A DNA stretch of 64,000 nt from Auanema rhodensis (taxonomy: Eukaryota; Animalia; Nematoda): the NCBI GenBank assembly GCA_964057225.1, contig OZ059900.1, positions 14,942,001 to 15,006,000 on the forward strand, read 5' to 3'. The position numbers and the translations under genes are program-made. Below, one piece after another: positions 1-12,357 of the stretch (positions are counted from its first letter, which is position 1; each line of letters starts with the position of its first letter). The notes under the pieces were generated by a model. That model had not been told where the DNA came from and did not search any database. It saw only the letters and a list, made by a program, of their open reading frames with translations.

Positions 1-51
1 CCGGGTCTCGCATGTGACAGACGCGGATACTCACCACTATACTACCGAGGA
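1..51 (-). tRNA. tRNA-Asp(GTC), 5' part only (cut by window start)
   Basis: Matches nt 1-51 of the consensus gene. Confidence 0.9.
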
Positions 52-408
52 TTGAATTTGCACTTAGAAACTTTCATTCAGAGTGTGAGTTCGAATTATA
101 GTAGAAAAATGAAACACTGTCTCTAACATATCTTGATTTATGGCCTACTTTACTCAAAGAGCTAATTGAAGTTTGGTGTTAGAATGAACAATTGATTAAC
201 GCTGACGTTTCAATTTTTTTCATCGTAATTGAGATAGAACATTTAAATTAAATGGAAATGTTTAAAAATTTAGAAAAAATCACAAGCTCAAATCACTTTT
301 GAAAAAACAGAAAGTTTAAAACAACCTTTTTTCTAATAATTATCTTTTTTATCCGACTTTTGGAAGAAAACAAAAATAGCATAACATTCAATAACGATGA
401 ATCAGAAC

Positions 409-413
409 AAAAA
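409..413 (-). terminator. Pol III terminator (T5), representative of every unit
   Basis: The minus strand reads G73-AATG-TTTTT-GTTC, a T5 run 4 nt after the gene. Further T5/T7 runs lie about 40-55 nt downstream. Confidence 0.85.
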
Positions 414-417
414 CATT

Positions 418-489
418 CTCCCCGGCCGGGAATTGAACCCGGGTCTCGCATGTGACAGACGCGGATACTCACCACTATACTACCAAGGA
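418..489 (-). tRNA. tRNA-Asp(GTC), variant C5U (U5.G68 wobble)
   Basis: Full cloverleaf; + strand has 'taccaagga' (A at 485) instead of 'taccgagga'. Confidence 0.9.
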
Positions 490-855
490 TTGAATTTGCA
501 CTTAGAAACTTTCATTAAGAGTGTGAGTTTGAATTATAGTAGAAAAATGAAACACTGTCTCTAACATATCTTGATTTATGGCCTACTTTACTCAAAGAGC
601 TAATTGAAGTTTGGTGTTAGAATGAACAATTGATTAACGCTGACGTTCCATTTTTTTTCATCGTAATTGAGATAGAACATTTAAATTAAATGGAAATGTT
701 TAAAAATTTAGAAAAAATCACAAGCTCAAATCACTTTTGAAAAAACAGAAAGTTTAAAACAACCTTTTTTCTAATAATTATCTTTTTAATTCGACTTTTG
801 GAAGAAAACAAAAATAGCATAACATTCAATAACGATGAATCAGAACAAAAACATT

Positions 856-927
856 CTCCCCGGCCGGGAATTGAACCCGGGTCTCGCATGTGACAGACGC
901 GGATACTCACCACTATACTACCGAGGA
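856..927 (-). tRNA. tRNA-Asp(GTC), consensus copy (representative of about 120 copies)
   Basis: Intact cloverleaf with A box (TAGTATAGTGG) and B box (GGTTCAATTCC). Confidence 0.97.
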
Positions 928-1293
928 TTGAATTTGCACTTAGAAACTTTCATTAAGAGTGTGAGTTTGAATTATAGTAGAAAAATGAAACACTGTCTCT
1001 AACATATCTTGATTTATGGCCTACTTTACTCAAAGAGCTAATTGAAGTTTGGTGTTAAAATGAACAATTGATTAACGCTGACGTTTCAATTTTTTTCATC
1101 GTAATTGAGATAGAACATTTAAATTAAATGGAAATGTTTAAAAATTTAGAAAAAATCACAAGCTCAAATCACTTTTGAAAAAACAGAAAGTTTAAAACAA
1201 CCTTTTTTCTAATAATTATCTTTTTAATTCGACTTTTGGAAGAAAACAAAAATAGCATAACATTCAATAACGATGAATCAGAACAAAAACATT

Positions 1294-1365
1294 CTCCCCG
1301 GCCGGGAACTGAACCCGGGTCTCGCATGTGACAGACGCGGATACTCACCACTATACTACCGAGGA
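1294..1365 (-). pseudogene. tRNA-Asp(GTC) A58G (B-box invariant base altered); a 155-bp element sits upstream
   Basis: + strand 'gggaactgaacc' (C at 1309) gives T loop TTCAGTT. Confidence 0.6.
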
Positions 1366-1434
1366 TTGAATTTGCACTTAGAAACTTTCATTAAGAGTGT
1401 GAGTTTGAATTATAGTAGAAAAATGAAACACTGT

Positions 1435-1589
1435 TGTGGCGTTATACCACAAGTGTATAGTATGGTTGGAAGTAAAACACAAAGCAAATATGTAAAAAAG
1501 GGTTTATTGATGAATTAACAAGACAAGCACGGAATAAAATCACTGACTGCGAACGTTGAAAATGTAAGACCTACTCGCTTATCGCGACA
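1435..1589. mobile_element. 155-bp solo-LTR-like element A, copy 1 (TSD ACTGT at 1430-1434 and 1590-1594)
   Basis: Absent from the standard unit. Begins TGTGGCG and ends CGCGACA (TG..CA with imperfect inverted ends). Flanked by an exact 5-bp duplication of spacer sequence. AATAAA occurs on the minus strand at 1503-1508. Confidence 0.8.
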
Positions 1590-4500
1590 ACTGTCTCTAA
1601 CATATCTTGATTTATGGCCTACTTTACTCAAAGAGCTAATGGAAGTTTGGTGTTAGAATGAACAATTGATTAACGCTGACGTTTCAATTTTTTTCATCGT
1701 AATTGAGATAGAACATTTAAATTAAATGGAAATGTTTAAAAATTTAGAAAAAATCACAAGCTCAAATCACTTTTGAAAAAACAGAAAGTTTAAAACAACC
1801 TTTTTTCTAATAATTATCTTTTTAATTCGACTTTTGGAAGAAAACAAAAATAGCATAACATTCAATAACGATGAATCAGAACAAAAACATTCTCCCCGGC
1901 CGGGAATTGAACCCGGGTCTCGCATGTGACAGACGCGGATACTCACCACTATACTACCGAGGATTGAATTTGCACTTAGAAACTTTCATTAAGAGTGTGA
2001 GTTTGAATTATTTTAGAAAAATGAAACACTGTCTCTAACATATCTTGATTTATGGCCTACTTTACTCAAAGAGCTAATTGAAGTTTGGTGTTAGAATGAA
2101 CAATTGATTAACGCTGACGTTCCATTTTTTTTCATCGTAATTGAGATAGAACATTTAAATTAAATGGAAATGTTTAAAAATTTAGAAAAAATCACAAGCT
2201 CAAATGACTTTTGAAAAAACAGAAAGTTTAAAACAACCTTTTTTCTAATAATTATCTTTTTTATCCGACTTTTGTAAAAAAACAAAAATAGCATAACATT
2301 CAATAACGATGAATCAGAACAAAAACATTCTCCCCGGCCGGGAATTGAACCCGGGTCTCGCATGTGACAGACGCGGATACTCACCACTATACTACCGAGG
2401 ATTGAATTTGCACTTAGAAACTTTCATTAAGAGTGTGAGTTTGAATTATTTTAGAAAAATGAAACACTGTCTCTAACATATCTTGATTTATGGCCTACTT
2501 TACTCAAAGAGCTAATTGAAGTTTGGTGTTAGAATGAACAATTGATTAACGCTGACGTTCCATTTTTTTTCATCGTAATTGAGATAGAACATTTAAATTA
2601 AATGGAAATGTTTAAAAATTTAGAAAAAATCACAAGCTCAAATGACTTTTGAAAAAACAGAAAGTTTAAAACAACCTTTTTTCTAATAATTATCTTTTTT
2701 ATCCGACTTTTGTAAAAAAACAAAAATAGCATAACATTCAATAACGATGAATCAGAACAAAAACATTCTCCCCGGCCGGGAATTGAACCCGGGTCTCGCA
2801 TGTGACAGACGCGGATACTCACCACTATACTACCGAGGATTGAATTTGCACTTAGAAACTTTCATTCAGAGTGTGAGTTTGAATTATAGTAGAAAAATGA
2901 AACACTGTCTCTAACATATCTTGATTTATGGCCTACTTTACTCAAAGAGCTAATTGAAGTTTGGTGTTAGAATGAACAATTGATTAACGCTGACGTTCCA
3001 ATTTTTTTCATCGTATTTGAGATAGAACATTTAAATTAAATGGAAATGTTTAAAAATTTAGAAAAAATCACAAGCTCAAATCACTTTTGAAAAAACAGAA
3101 AGTTTAAAACAACCTTTTTTCTAATAATTATCTTTTTTATCCGACTTTTGTAAAAAAACAAAAATAGCATAACATTCAATAACGATGAATCAGAACAAAA
3201 ACATTCTCCCCGGCCGGGAATTGAACCCGGGTCTCGCATGTGACAGACGCGGATACTCACCACTATACTACCGAGGATTGAATTTGCACTTAGAAACTTT
3301 CATTCAGAGTGTGAGTTTGAATTATAGTAGAAAAATGAAACACTGTCTCTAACATATCTTGATTTATGGCCTACTTTACTCAAAGAGCTAATTGAAGTTT
3401 GGTGTTAGAATGAACAATTGATTAACGCTGACGTTCCAATTTTTTTCATCGTAATTGAGATAGAACATTTAAATTAAATGGAAATGTTTAAAAATTTAGA
3501 AAAAATCACAAGCTCAAATCACTTTTGAAAAAACAGAAAGTTTAAAACAACCTTTTTTCTAATAATTATCTTTTTAATTCGACTTTTGGAAGAAAACAAA
3601 AATAGCATAACATTCAATAACGATGAATCAGAACAAAAACATTCTCCCCGGCCGGGAATTGAACCCGGGTCTCGCATGTGACAGACGCGGATACTCACCA
3701 CTATACTACCGAGGATTGAATTTGCACTTAGAAACTTTCATTAAGAGTGTGAGTTTGAATTATTTTAGAAAAATGAAACACTGTCTCTAACATATCTTGA
3801 TTTATGGCCTACTTTACTCAAAGAGCTAATTGAAGTTTGGTGTTAGAATGAACAATTGATTAACGCTGACGTTCCATTTTTTTTCATCGTAATTGAGATA
3901 GAACATTTAAATTAAATGGAAATGTTTAAAAATTTAGAAAAAATCACAAGCTCAAATGACTTTTGAAAAAACAGAAAGTTTAAAACAACCTTTTTTCTAA
4001 TAATTATCTTTTTTATCCGACTTTTGTAAAAAAACAAAAATAGCATAACATTCAATAACGATGAATCAAAACAAAAACATTCTCCCCGGCCGGGAATTGA
4101 ACCCGGGTCTCGCATGTGACAGACGCGGATACTCACCACTATACTACCGAGGATTGAATTTGCACTTAGAAACTTTCATTCAGAGTGTGAGTTCGAATTA
4201 TAGTAGAAAAATGAAACACTGTCTCTAACATATCTTGATTTATGGCCTACTTTACTCAAAGAGCTAATTGAAGTTTGGTGTTAGAATGAACAATTGATTA
4301 ACGCTGACGTTTCAATTTTTTTCTTCGTAATTGAGATAGAACATTTAAATTAAATGGAAATGTTTAAAAATTTAGAAAAAATCACAAGCTCAAATCACTT
4401 TTGAAAAAACAGAAAGTTTAAAACAACCTTTTTTCTAATAATTATCTTTTTTATCCGACTTTTGGAAGAAAACAAAAATAGCATAACATTCAATAACGAT

Positions 4501-7147
4501 GAATCAGAACAAAAACATTCTCCCCGGCCGGGAATTGAACCCGGGTCTCGCATGTGACAGACGCGGATACTCACCACTATACTACCGAGGATTGAATTTG
4601 CACTTAGAAACTTTCATTAAGAGTGTGAGTTTGAATTATTTTAGAAAAATGAAACACTGTCTCTAACATATCTTGATTTATGGCCTACTTTACTCAAAGA
4701 GCTAATTGAAGTTTGGTGTTAGAATGAACAATTGATTAACGCTGACGTTCCATTTTTTTTCATCGTAATTGAGATAGAACATTTAAATTAAATGGAAATG
4801 TTTAAAAATTTAGAAAAAATCACAAGCTCAAATGACTTTTGAAAAAACAGAAAGTTTAAAACAACCTTTTTTCTAATAATTATCTTTTTTATCCGACTTT
4901 TGTAAAAAAACAAAAATAGCATAACATTCAATAACGATGAATCAGAACAAAAACATTCTCCCCGGCCGGGAATTGAACCCGGGTCTCGCATGTGACAGAC
5001 GCGGATACTCACCACTATACTACCGAGGATTGAATTTGCACTTAGAAACTTTCATTCAGAGTGTGAGTTTGAATTATAGTAGAAAAATGAAACACTGTCT
5101 CTAACATATCTTGATTTATGGCCTACTTTACTCAAAGAGCTAATTGAAGTTTGGTGTTAGAATGAACAATTGATTAACGCTGACGTTCCAATTTTTTTCA
5201 TCGTATTTGAGATAGAACATTTAAATTAAATGGAAATGTTTAAAAATTTAGAAAAAATCACAAGCTCAAATCACTTTTGAAAAAACAGAAAGTTTAAAAC
5301 AACCTTTTTTCTAATAATTATCTTTTTTATCCGACTTTTGTAAAAAAACAAAAATAGCATAACATTCAATAACGATGAATCAGAACAAAAACATTCTCCC
5401 CGGCCGGGAATTGAACCCGGGTCTCGCATGTGACAGACGCGGATACTCACCACTATACTACCGAGGATTGAATTTGCACTTAGAAACTTTCATTCAGAGT
5501 GTGAGTTTGAATTATAGTAGAAAAATGAAACACTGTCTCTAACATATCTTGATTTATGGCCTACTTTACTCAAAGAGCTAATTGAAGTTTGGTGTTAGAA
5601 TGAACAATTGATTAACGCTGACGTTCCAATTTTTTTCATCGTAATTGAGATAGAACATTTAAATTAAATGGAAATGTTTAAAAATTTAGAAAAAATCACA
5701 AGCTCAAATCACTTTTGAAAAAACAGAAAGTTTAAAACAACCTTTTTTCTAATAATTATCTTTTTAATTCGACTTTTGGAAGAAAACAAAAATAGCATAA
5801 CATTCAATAACGATGAATCAGAACAAAAACATTCTCCCCGGCCGGGAATTGAACCCGGGTCTCGCATGTGACAGACGCGGATACTCACCACTATACTACC
5901 GAGGATTGAATTTGCACTTAGAAACTTTCATTAAGAGTGTGAGTTTGAATTATTTTAGAAAAATGAAACACTGTCTCTAACATATCTTGATTTATGGCCT
6001 ACTTTACTCAAAGAGCTAATTGAAGTTTGGTGTTAGAATGAACAATTGATTAACGCTGACGTTCCATTTTTTTTCATCGTAATTGAGATAGAACATTTAA
6101 ATTAAATGGAAATGTTTAAAAATTTAGAAAAAATCACAAGCTCAAATGACTTTTGAAAAAACAGAAAGTTTAAAACAACCTTTTTTCTAATAATTATCTT
6201 TTTTATCCGACTTTTGTAAAAAAACAAAAATAGCATAACATTCAACAACGATGAATCAAAACAAAAACATTCTCCCCGGCCGGGAATTGAACCCGGGTCT
6301 CGCATGTGACAGACGCGGATACTCACCACTATACTACCGAGGATTGAATTTGCACTTAGAAACTTTCATTCAGAGTGTGAGTTCGAATTATAGTAGAAAA
6401 ATGAAACACTGTCTCTAACATATCTTGATTTATGGCCTACTTTACTCAAAGAGCTAATTGAAGTTTGGTGTTAGAATGAACAATTGATTAACGCTGACGT
6501 TTCAATTTTTTTCATCGTAATTGAGATAGAACATTTAAATTAAATGGAAATGTTTAAAAATTTAGAAAAAATCACAAGCTCAAATCACTTTTGAAAAAAC
6601 AGAAAGTTTAAAACAACCTTTTTTCTAATAATTATCTTTTTTATCCGACTTTTGGAAGAAAACAAAAATAGCATAACATTCAATAACGATGAATCAGAAC
6701 AAAAACATTCTCCCCGGCCGGGAATTGAACCCGGGTCTCGCATGTGACAGACGCGGATACTCACCACTATACTACCGAGGATTGAATTTGCACTTAGAAA
6801 CTTTCATTAAGAGTGTGAGTTTGAATTATAGTAGAAAAATGAAACACTGTCTCTAACATATCTTGATTTATGGCCTACTTTACTCAAAGAGCTAATTGAA
6901 GTTTGGTGTTAGAATGAACAATTGATTAACGCTGACGTTCCATTTTTTTTCATCGTAATTGAGATAGAACATTTAAATTAAATGGAAATGTTTAAAAATT
7001 TAGAAAAAATCACAAGCTCAAATCACTTTTGAAAAAACAGAAAGTTTAAAACAACCTTTTTTCTAATAATTATCTTTTTAATTCGACTTTTGGAAGAAAA
7101 CAAAAATAGCATAACATTCAATAACGATGAATCAGAACAAAAACATT

Positions 7148-7219
7148 CTCCCCGGCCGGGAATTGAACCCGGTTCTCGCATGTGACAGACGCGGATACTC
7201 ACCACTATACTACCGAGGA
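7148..7219 (-). tRNA. tRNA-Asp(GTC) variant C48A
   Basis: + strand 'cccggttctcg' (T at 7173); same variant at 14476-14547. Confidence 0.75.
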
Positions 7220-7726
7220 TTGAATTTGCACTTAGAAACTTTCATTAAGAGTGTGAGTTTGAATTATAGTAGAAAAATGAAACACTGTCTCTAACATATC
7301 TTGATTTATGGCCTACTTTACTCAAAGAGCTAATTGAAGTTTGGTGTTAAAATGAACAATTGATTAACGCTGACGTTTCAATTTTTTTCATCGTAATTGA
7401 GATGGAACATTTAAATTAAATGGAAATGTTTAAAAATTTAGAAAAAATCACAAGCTCAAATCACTTTTGAAAAAACAGAAAGTTTAAAACAACCTTTTTT
7501 CTAATAATTATCTTTTTATTTCGACTTTTGGAAGAAAACAAAAATAGCATAACATTCAATAACGACGAATCAGAACAAAAACATTCTCCCCGGCCGGGAA
7601 TTGAACCCGGGTCTCGCATGTGACAGACGCGGATACTCACCACTATACTACCGAGGATTGAATTTGCACTTAGAAACTTTCATTAAGAGTGTGAGTTTGA
7701 ATTATAGTAGAAAAATGAAACACTGT

Positions 7727-7881
7727 TGTGGCGTTATACCACAAGTGTATAGTATGGTTGGAAGTAAAACACAAAGCAAATATGTAAAAAAGGGTTTATT
7801 GATGAATTAACAAGACAAGCACGGAATAAAATCACTGACTGCGAACGTTGAAAATGTAAGACCTACTCGCTTATCGCGACA
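7727..7881. mobile_element. Element A copy 2 (TSD ACTGT)
   Basis: Same sequence, insertion point and TSD as copy 1. Confidence 0.8.
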
Positions 7882-9200
7882 ACTGTCTCTAACATATCTT
7901 GATTTATGGCCTACTTTACTCAAAGAGCTAATTGAAGTTTGGTGTTAGAATGAACAATTGATTAACGCTGACGTTTCAATTTTTTTCATCGTAATTGAGA
8001 TAGAACATTTAAATTAAATGGAAATGTTTAAAAATTTAGAAAAAATCACAAGCTCAAATCACTTTTGAAAAAACAGAAAGTTTAAAACAACCTTTTTTCT
8101 AATAATTATCTTTTTTATCCGACTTTTGTAAAAAAACAAAAATAGCATAACATTCAATAACGATGAATCAGAACAAAAACATTCTCCCCGGCCGGGAATT
8201 GAACCCGGGTCTCGCATGTGACAGACGCGGATACTCACCACTATACTACCGAGGATTGAATTTGCACTTAGAAACTTTCATTAAGAGTGTGAGTTTGAAT
8301 TATAGTAGAAAAATGAAACACTGTCTCTAACATATCTTGATTTATGGCCTACTTTACTCAAAGAGCTAATTGAAGTTTGGTGTTAGAATGAACAATTGAT
8401 TAACGCTGACGTTTCAATTTTTTTCATCGTAATTGAGATAGAACATTTAAATTAAATGGAAATGTTTAAAAATTTAGAAAAAATCACAAGCTCAAATCAC
8501 TTTTGAAAAAACAGAAAGTTTAAAACAACCTTTTTTCTAATAATTATCTTTTTTATCCGACTTTTGGAAGAAAACAAAAATAGCATAACATTCAATAACG
8601 ATGAATCAGAACAAAAACATTCTCCCCGGCCGGGAATTGAACCCGGGTCTCGCATGTGACAGACGCGGATACTCACCACTATACTACCGAGGATTGAATT
8701 TGCACTTAGAAACTTTCATTAAGAGTGTGAGTTTGAATTATAGTAGAAAAATGAAACACTGTCTCTAACATATCTTGATTTATGGCCTACTTTACTCAAA
8801 GAGCTAATTGAAGTTTGGTGTTAAAATGAACAATTGATTAACGCTGACGTTTCAATTTTTTTCATCGTAATTGAGATGGAACATTTAAATTAAATGGAAA
8901 TGTTTAAAAATTTAGAAAAAATCACAAGCTCAAATCACTTTTGAAAAAACAGAAAGTTTAAAACAACCTTTTTTCTAATAATTATCTTTTTATTTCGACT
9001 TTTGGAAGAAAACAAAAATAGCATAACATTCAATAACGACGAATCAGAACAAAAACATTCTCCCCGGCCGGGAATTGAACCCGGGTCTCGCATGTGACAG
9101 ACGCGGATACTCACCACTATACTACCGAGGATTGAATTTGCACTTAGAAACTTTCATTAAGAGTGTGAGTTTGAATTATAGTAGAAAAATGAAACACTGT

Positions 9201-9355
9201 TGTGGCGTTATACCACAAGTGTATAGTATGGTTGGAAGTAAAACACAAAGCAAATATGTAAAAAAGGGTTTATTGATGAATTAACAAGACAAGCACGGAA
9301 TAAAATCACTGACTGCGAACGTTGAAAATGTAAGACCTACTCGCTTATCGCGACA
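9201..9355. mobile_element. Element A copy 3 (TSD ACTGT)
   Basis: Same as copy 1; 1474 bp (three units) after copy 2. Confidence 0.8.
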
Positions 9356-12285
9356 ACTGTCTCTAACATATCTTGATTTATGGCCTACTTTACTCAAAGA
9401 GCTAATTGAAGTTTGGTGTTAGAATGAACAATTGATTAACGCTGACGTTTCAATTTTTTTCATCGTAATTGAGATAGAACATTTAAATTAAATGGAAATG
9501 TTTAAAAATTTAGAAAAAATCACAAGCTCAAATCACTTTTGAAAAAACAGAAAGTTTAAAACAACCTTTTTTCTAATAATTATCTTTTTTATCCGACTTT
9601 TGTAAAAAAACAAAAATAGCATAACATTCAATAACGATGAATCAGAACAAAAACATTCTCCCCGGCCGGGAATTGAACCCGGGTCTCGCATGTGACAGAC
9701 GCGGATACTCACCACTATACTACCGAGGATTGAATTTGCACTTAGAAACTTTCATTAAGAGTGTGAGTTTGAATTATAGTAGAAAAATGAAACACTGTCT
9801 CTAACATATCTTGATTTATGGCCTACTTTACTCAAAGAGCTAATTGAAGTTTGGTGTTAGAATGAACAATTGATTAACGCTGACGTTTCAATTTTTTTCA
9901 TCGTAATTGAGATAGAACATTTAAATTAAATGGAAATGTTTAAAAATTTAGAAAAAATCACAAGCTCAAATCACTTTTGAAAAAACAGAAAGTTTAAAAC
10001 AACCTTTTTTCTAATAATTATCTTTTTTATCCGACTTTTGTAAAAAAACAAAAATAGCATAACATTCAATAACGATGAATCAGAACAAAAACATTCTCCC
10101 CGGCCGGGAATTGAACCCGGGTCTCGCATGTGACAGACGCGGATACTCACCACTATACTACCGAGGATTGAATTTGCACTTAGAAACTTTCATTAAGAGT
10201 GTGAGTTTGAATTATAGTAGAAAAATGAAACACTGTCTCTAACATATCTTGATTTATGGCCTACTTTACTCAAAGAGCTAATTGAAGTTTGGTGTTAGAA
10301 TGAACAATTGATTAACGCTGACGTTTCAATTTTTTTCATCGTAATTGAGATAGAACATTTAAATTAAATGGAAATGTTTAAAAATTTAGAAAAAATCACA
10401 AGCTCAAATCACTTTTGAAAAAACAGAAAGTTTAAAACAACCTTTTTTCTAATAATTATCTTTTTTATCCGACTTTTGGAAGAAAACAAAAATAGCATAA
10501 CATTCAATAACGATGAATCAGAACAAAAACATTCTCCCCGGCCGGGAATTGAACCCGGGTCTCGCATGTGACAGACGCGGATACTCACCACTATACTACC
10601 GAGGATTGAATTTGCACTTAGAAACTTTCATTAAGAGTGTGAGTTTGAATTATAGTAGAAAAATGAAACACTGTCTCTAACATATCTTGATTTATGGCCT
10701 ACTTTACTCAAAGAGCTAATGGAAGTTTGGTGTTAGAATGAACAATTGATTAACGCTGACGTTTCAATTTTTTTCATCGTAATTGAGATAGAACATTTAA
10801 ATTAAATGGAAATGTTTAAAAATTTAGAAAAAATCACAAGCTCAAATCACTTTTGAAAAAACAGAAAGTTTAAAACAACCTTTTTTCTAATAATTATCTT
10901 TTTAATTCGACTTTTGGAAGAAAACAAAAATAGCATAACATTCAATAACGATGAATCAGAACAAAAACATTCTCCCCGGCCGGGAATTGAACCCGGGTCT
11001 CGCATGTGACAGACGCGGATACTCACCACTATACTACCGAGGATTGAATTTGCACTTAGAAACTTTCATTAAGAGTGTGAGTTTGAATTATTTTAGAAAA
11101 ATGAAACACTGTCTCTAACATATCTTGATTTATGGCCTACTTTACTCAAAGAGCTAATTGAAGTTTGGTGTTAGAATGAACAATTGATTAACGCTGACGT
11201 TTCAATTTTTTTCATCGTAATTGAGATAGAACATTTAAATTAAATGGAAATGTTTAAAAATTTAGAAAAAATCACAAGCTCAAATCACTTTTGAAAAAAC
11301 AGAAAGTTTAAAACAACCTTTTTTCTAATAATTATCTTTTTTATCCGACTTTTGGAAGAAAACAAAAATAGCATAACATTCAATAACGATGAATCAGAAC
11401 AAAAACATTCTCCCCGGCCGGGAATTGAACCCGGGTCTCGCATGTGACAGACGCGGATACTCACCACTATACTACCGAGGATTGAATTTGCACTTAGAAA
11501 CTTTCATTAAGAGTGTGAGTTTGAATTATAGTAGAAAAATGAAACACTGTCTCTAACATATCTTGATTTATGGCCTACTTTACTCAAAGAGCTAATGGAA
11601 GTTTGGTGTTAGAATGAACAATTGATTAACGCTGACGTTTCAATTTTTTTCATCGTAATTGAGATAGAACATTTAAATTAAATGGAAATGTTTAAAAATT
11701 TAGAAAAAATCACAAGCTCAAATCACTTTTGAAAAAACAGAAAGTTTAAAACAACCTTTTTTCTAATAATTATCTTTTTAATTCGACTTTTGGAAGAAAA
11801 CAAAAATAGCATAACATTCAATAACGATGAATCAGAACAAAAACATTCTCCCCGGCCGGGAATTGAACCCGGGTCTCGCATGTGACAGACGCGGATACTC
11901 ACCACTATACTACCGAGGATTGAGTTTGCACTTAGAAACTTTCATTAAGAGTGTGAGTTTGAATTATTTTAGAAAAATGAAACACTGTCTCTAACATATC
12001 TTGATTTATGGCCTACTTTACTCAAAGAGCTAATTGAAGTTTGGTGTTAGAATGAACAATTGATTAACGCTGACGTTCCATTTTTTTTCATCGTAATTGA
12101 GATAGAACATTTAAATTAAATGGAAATGTTTAAAAATTTAGAAAAAATCACAAGCTCAAATGACTTTTGAAAAAACAGAAAGTTTAAAACAACCTTTTTT
12201 CTAATAATTATCTTTTTTATCCGACTTTTGTAAAAAAACAAAAATAGCATAACATTCAATAACGATGAATCAGAACAAAAACATT

Positions 12286-12357
12286 CTCCCCGGCCGGCAA
12301 TTGAACCCGGGTCTCGCATGTGACAGACGCGGATACTCACCACTATACTACCGAGGA
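12286..12357 (-). pseudogene. tRNA-Asp(GTC) C61G (breaks G53-C61 pair and B box)
   Basis: + strand 'ccggcaattgaa' (C at 12298). Confidence 0.65.

Noticed and set aside
191-215. Imperfect spacer hairpin ATTGA-TT-AACG-CTGA-CGTT-TCAAT containing TGACGT
   Set aside because: It is weak and AT-rich, and common variants ('cgttccattt') disrupt it without compensation, so there is no evidence for a structured RNA or regulatory site.
548-555. Minus-strand GTGTTTCA at -66..-59, a 7/8 match to the C. elegans piRNA upstream motif CTGTTTCA, overlapping both insertion sites
   Set aside because: It is a short imperfect match in AT-rich DNA and the spacing to a YRNT start is not convincing. It would need 21U small-RNA reads to be taken seriously.
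1273-1518. Plus-strand 65-81 aa ORFs (also at 7601, 9075, 14929, 15892, 16366, 26124, 63394 and others)
   Set aside because: They are antisense to the tRNA and pass the length cut-off only where an insertion, indel or point change removes a stop. No recognisable domain.
1435-1589. DNA-transposon/MITE identity for elements A and B
   Set aside because: The inverted ends are only about 6-7 bp, and TG..CA with a 5-bp TSD fits LTR integrases better than Tc1/mariner (TA), hAT (8 bp) or Transib (CAC ends). It is not fully excluded without a parent element.
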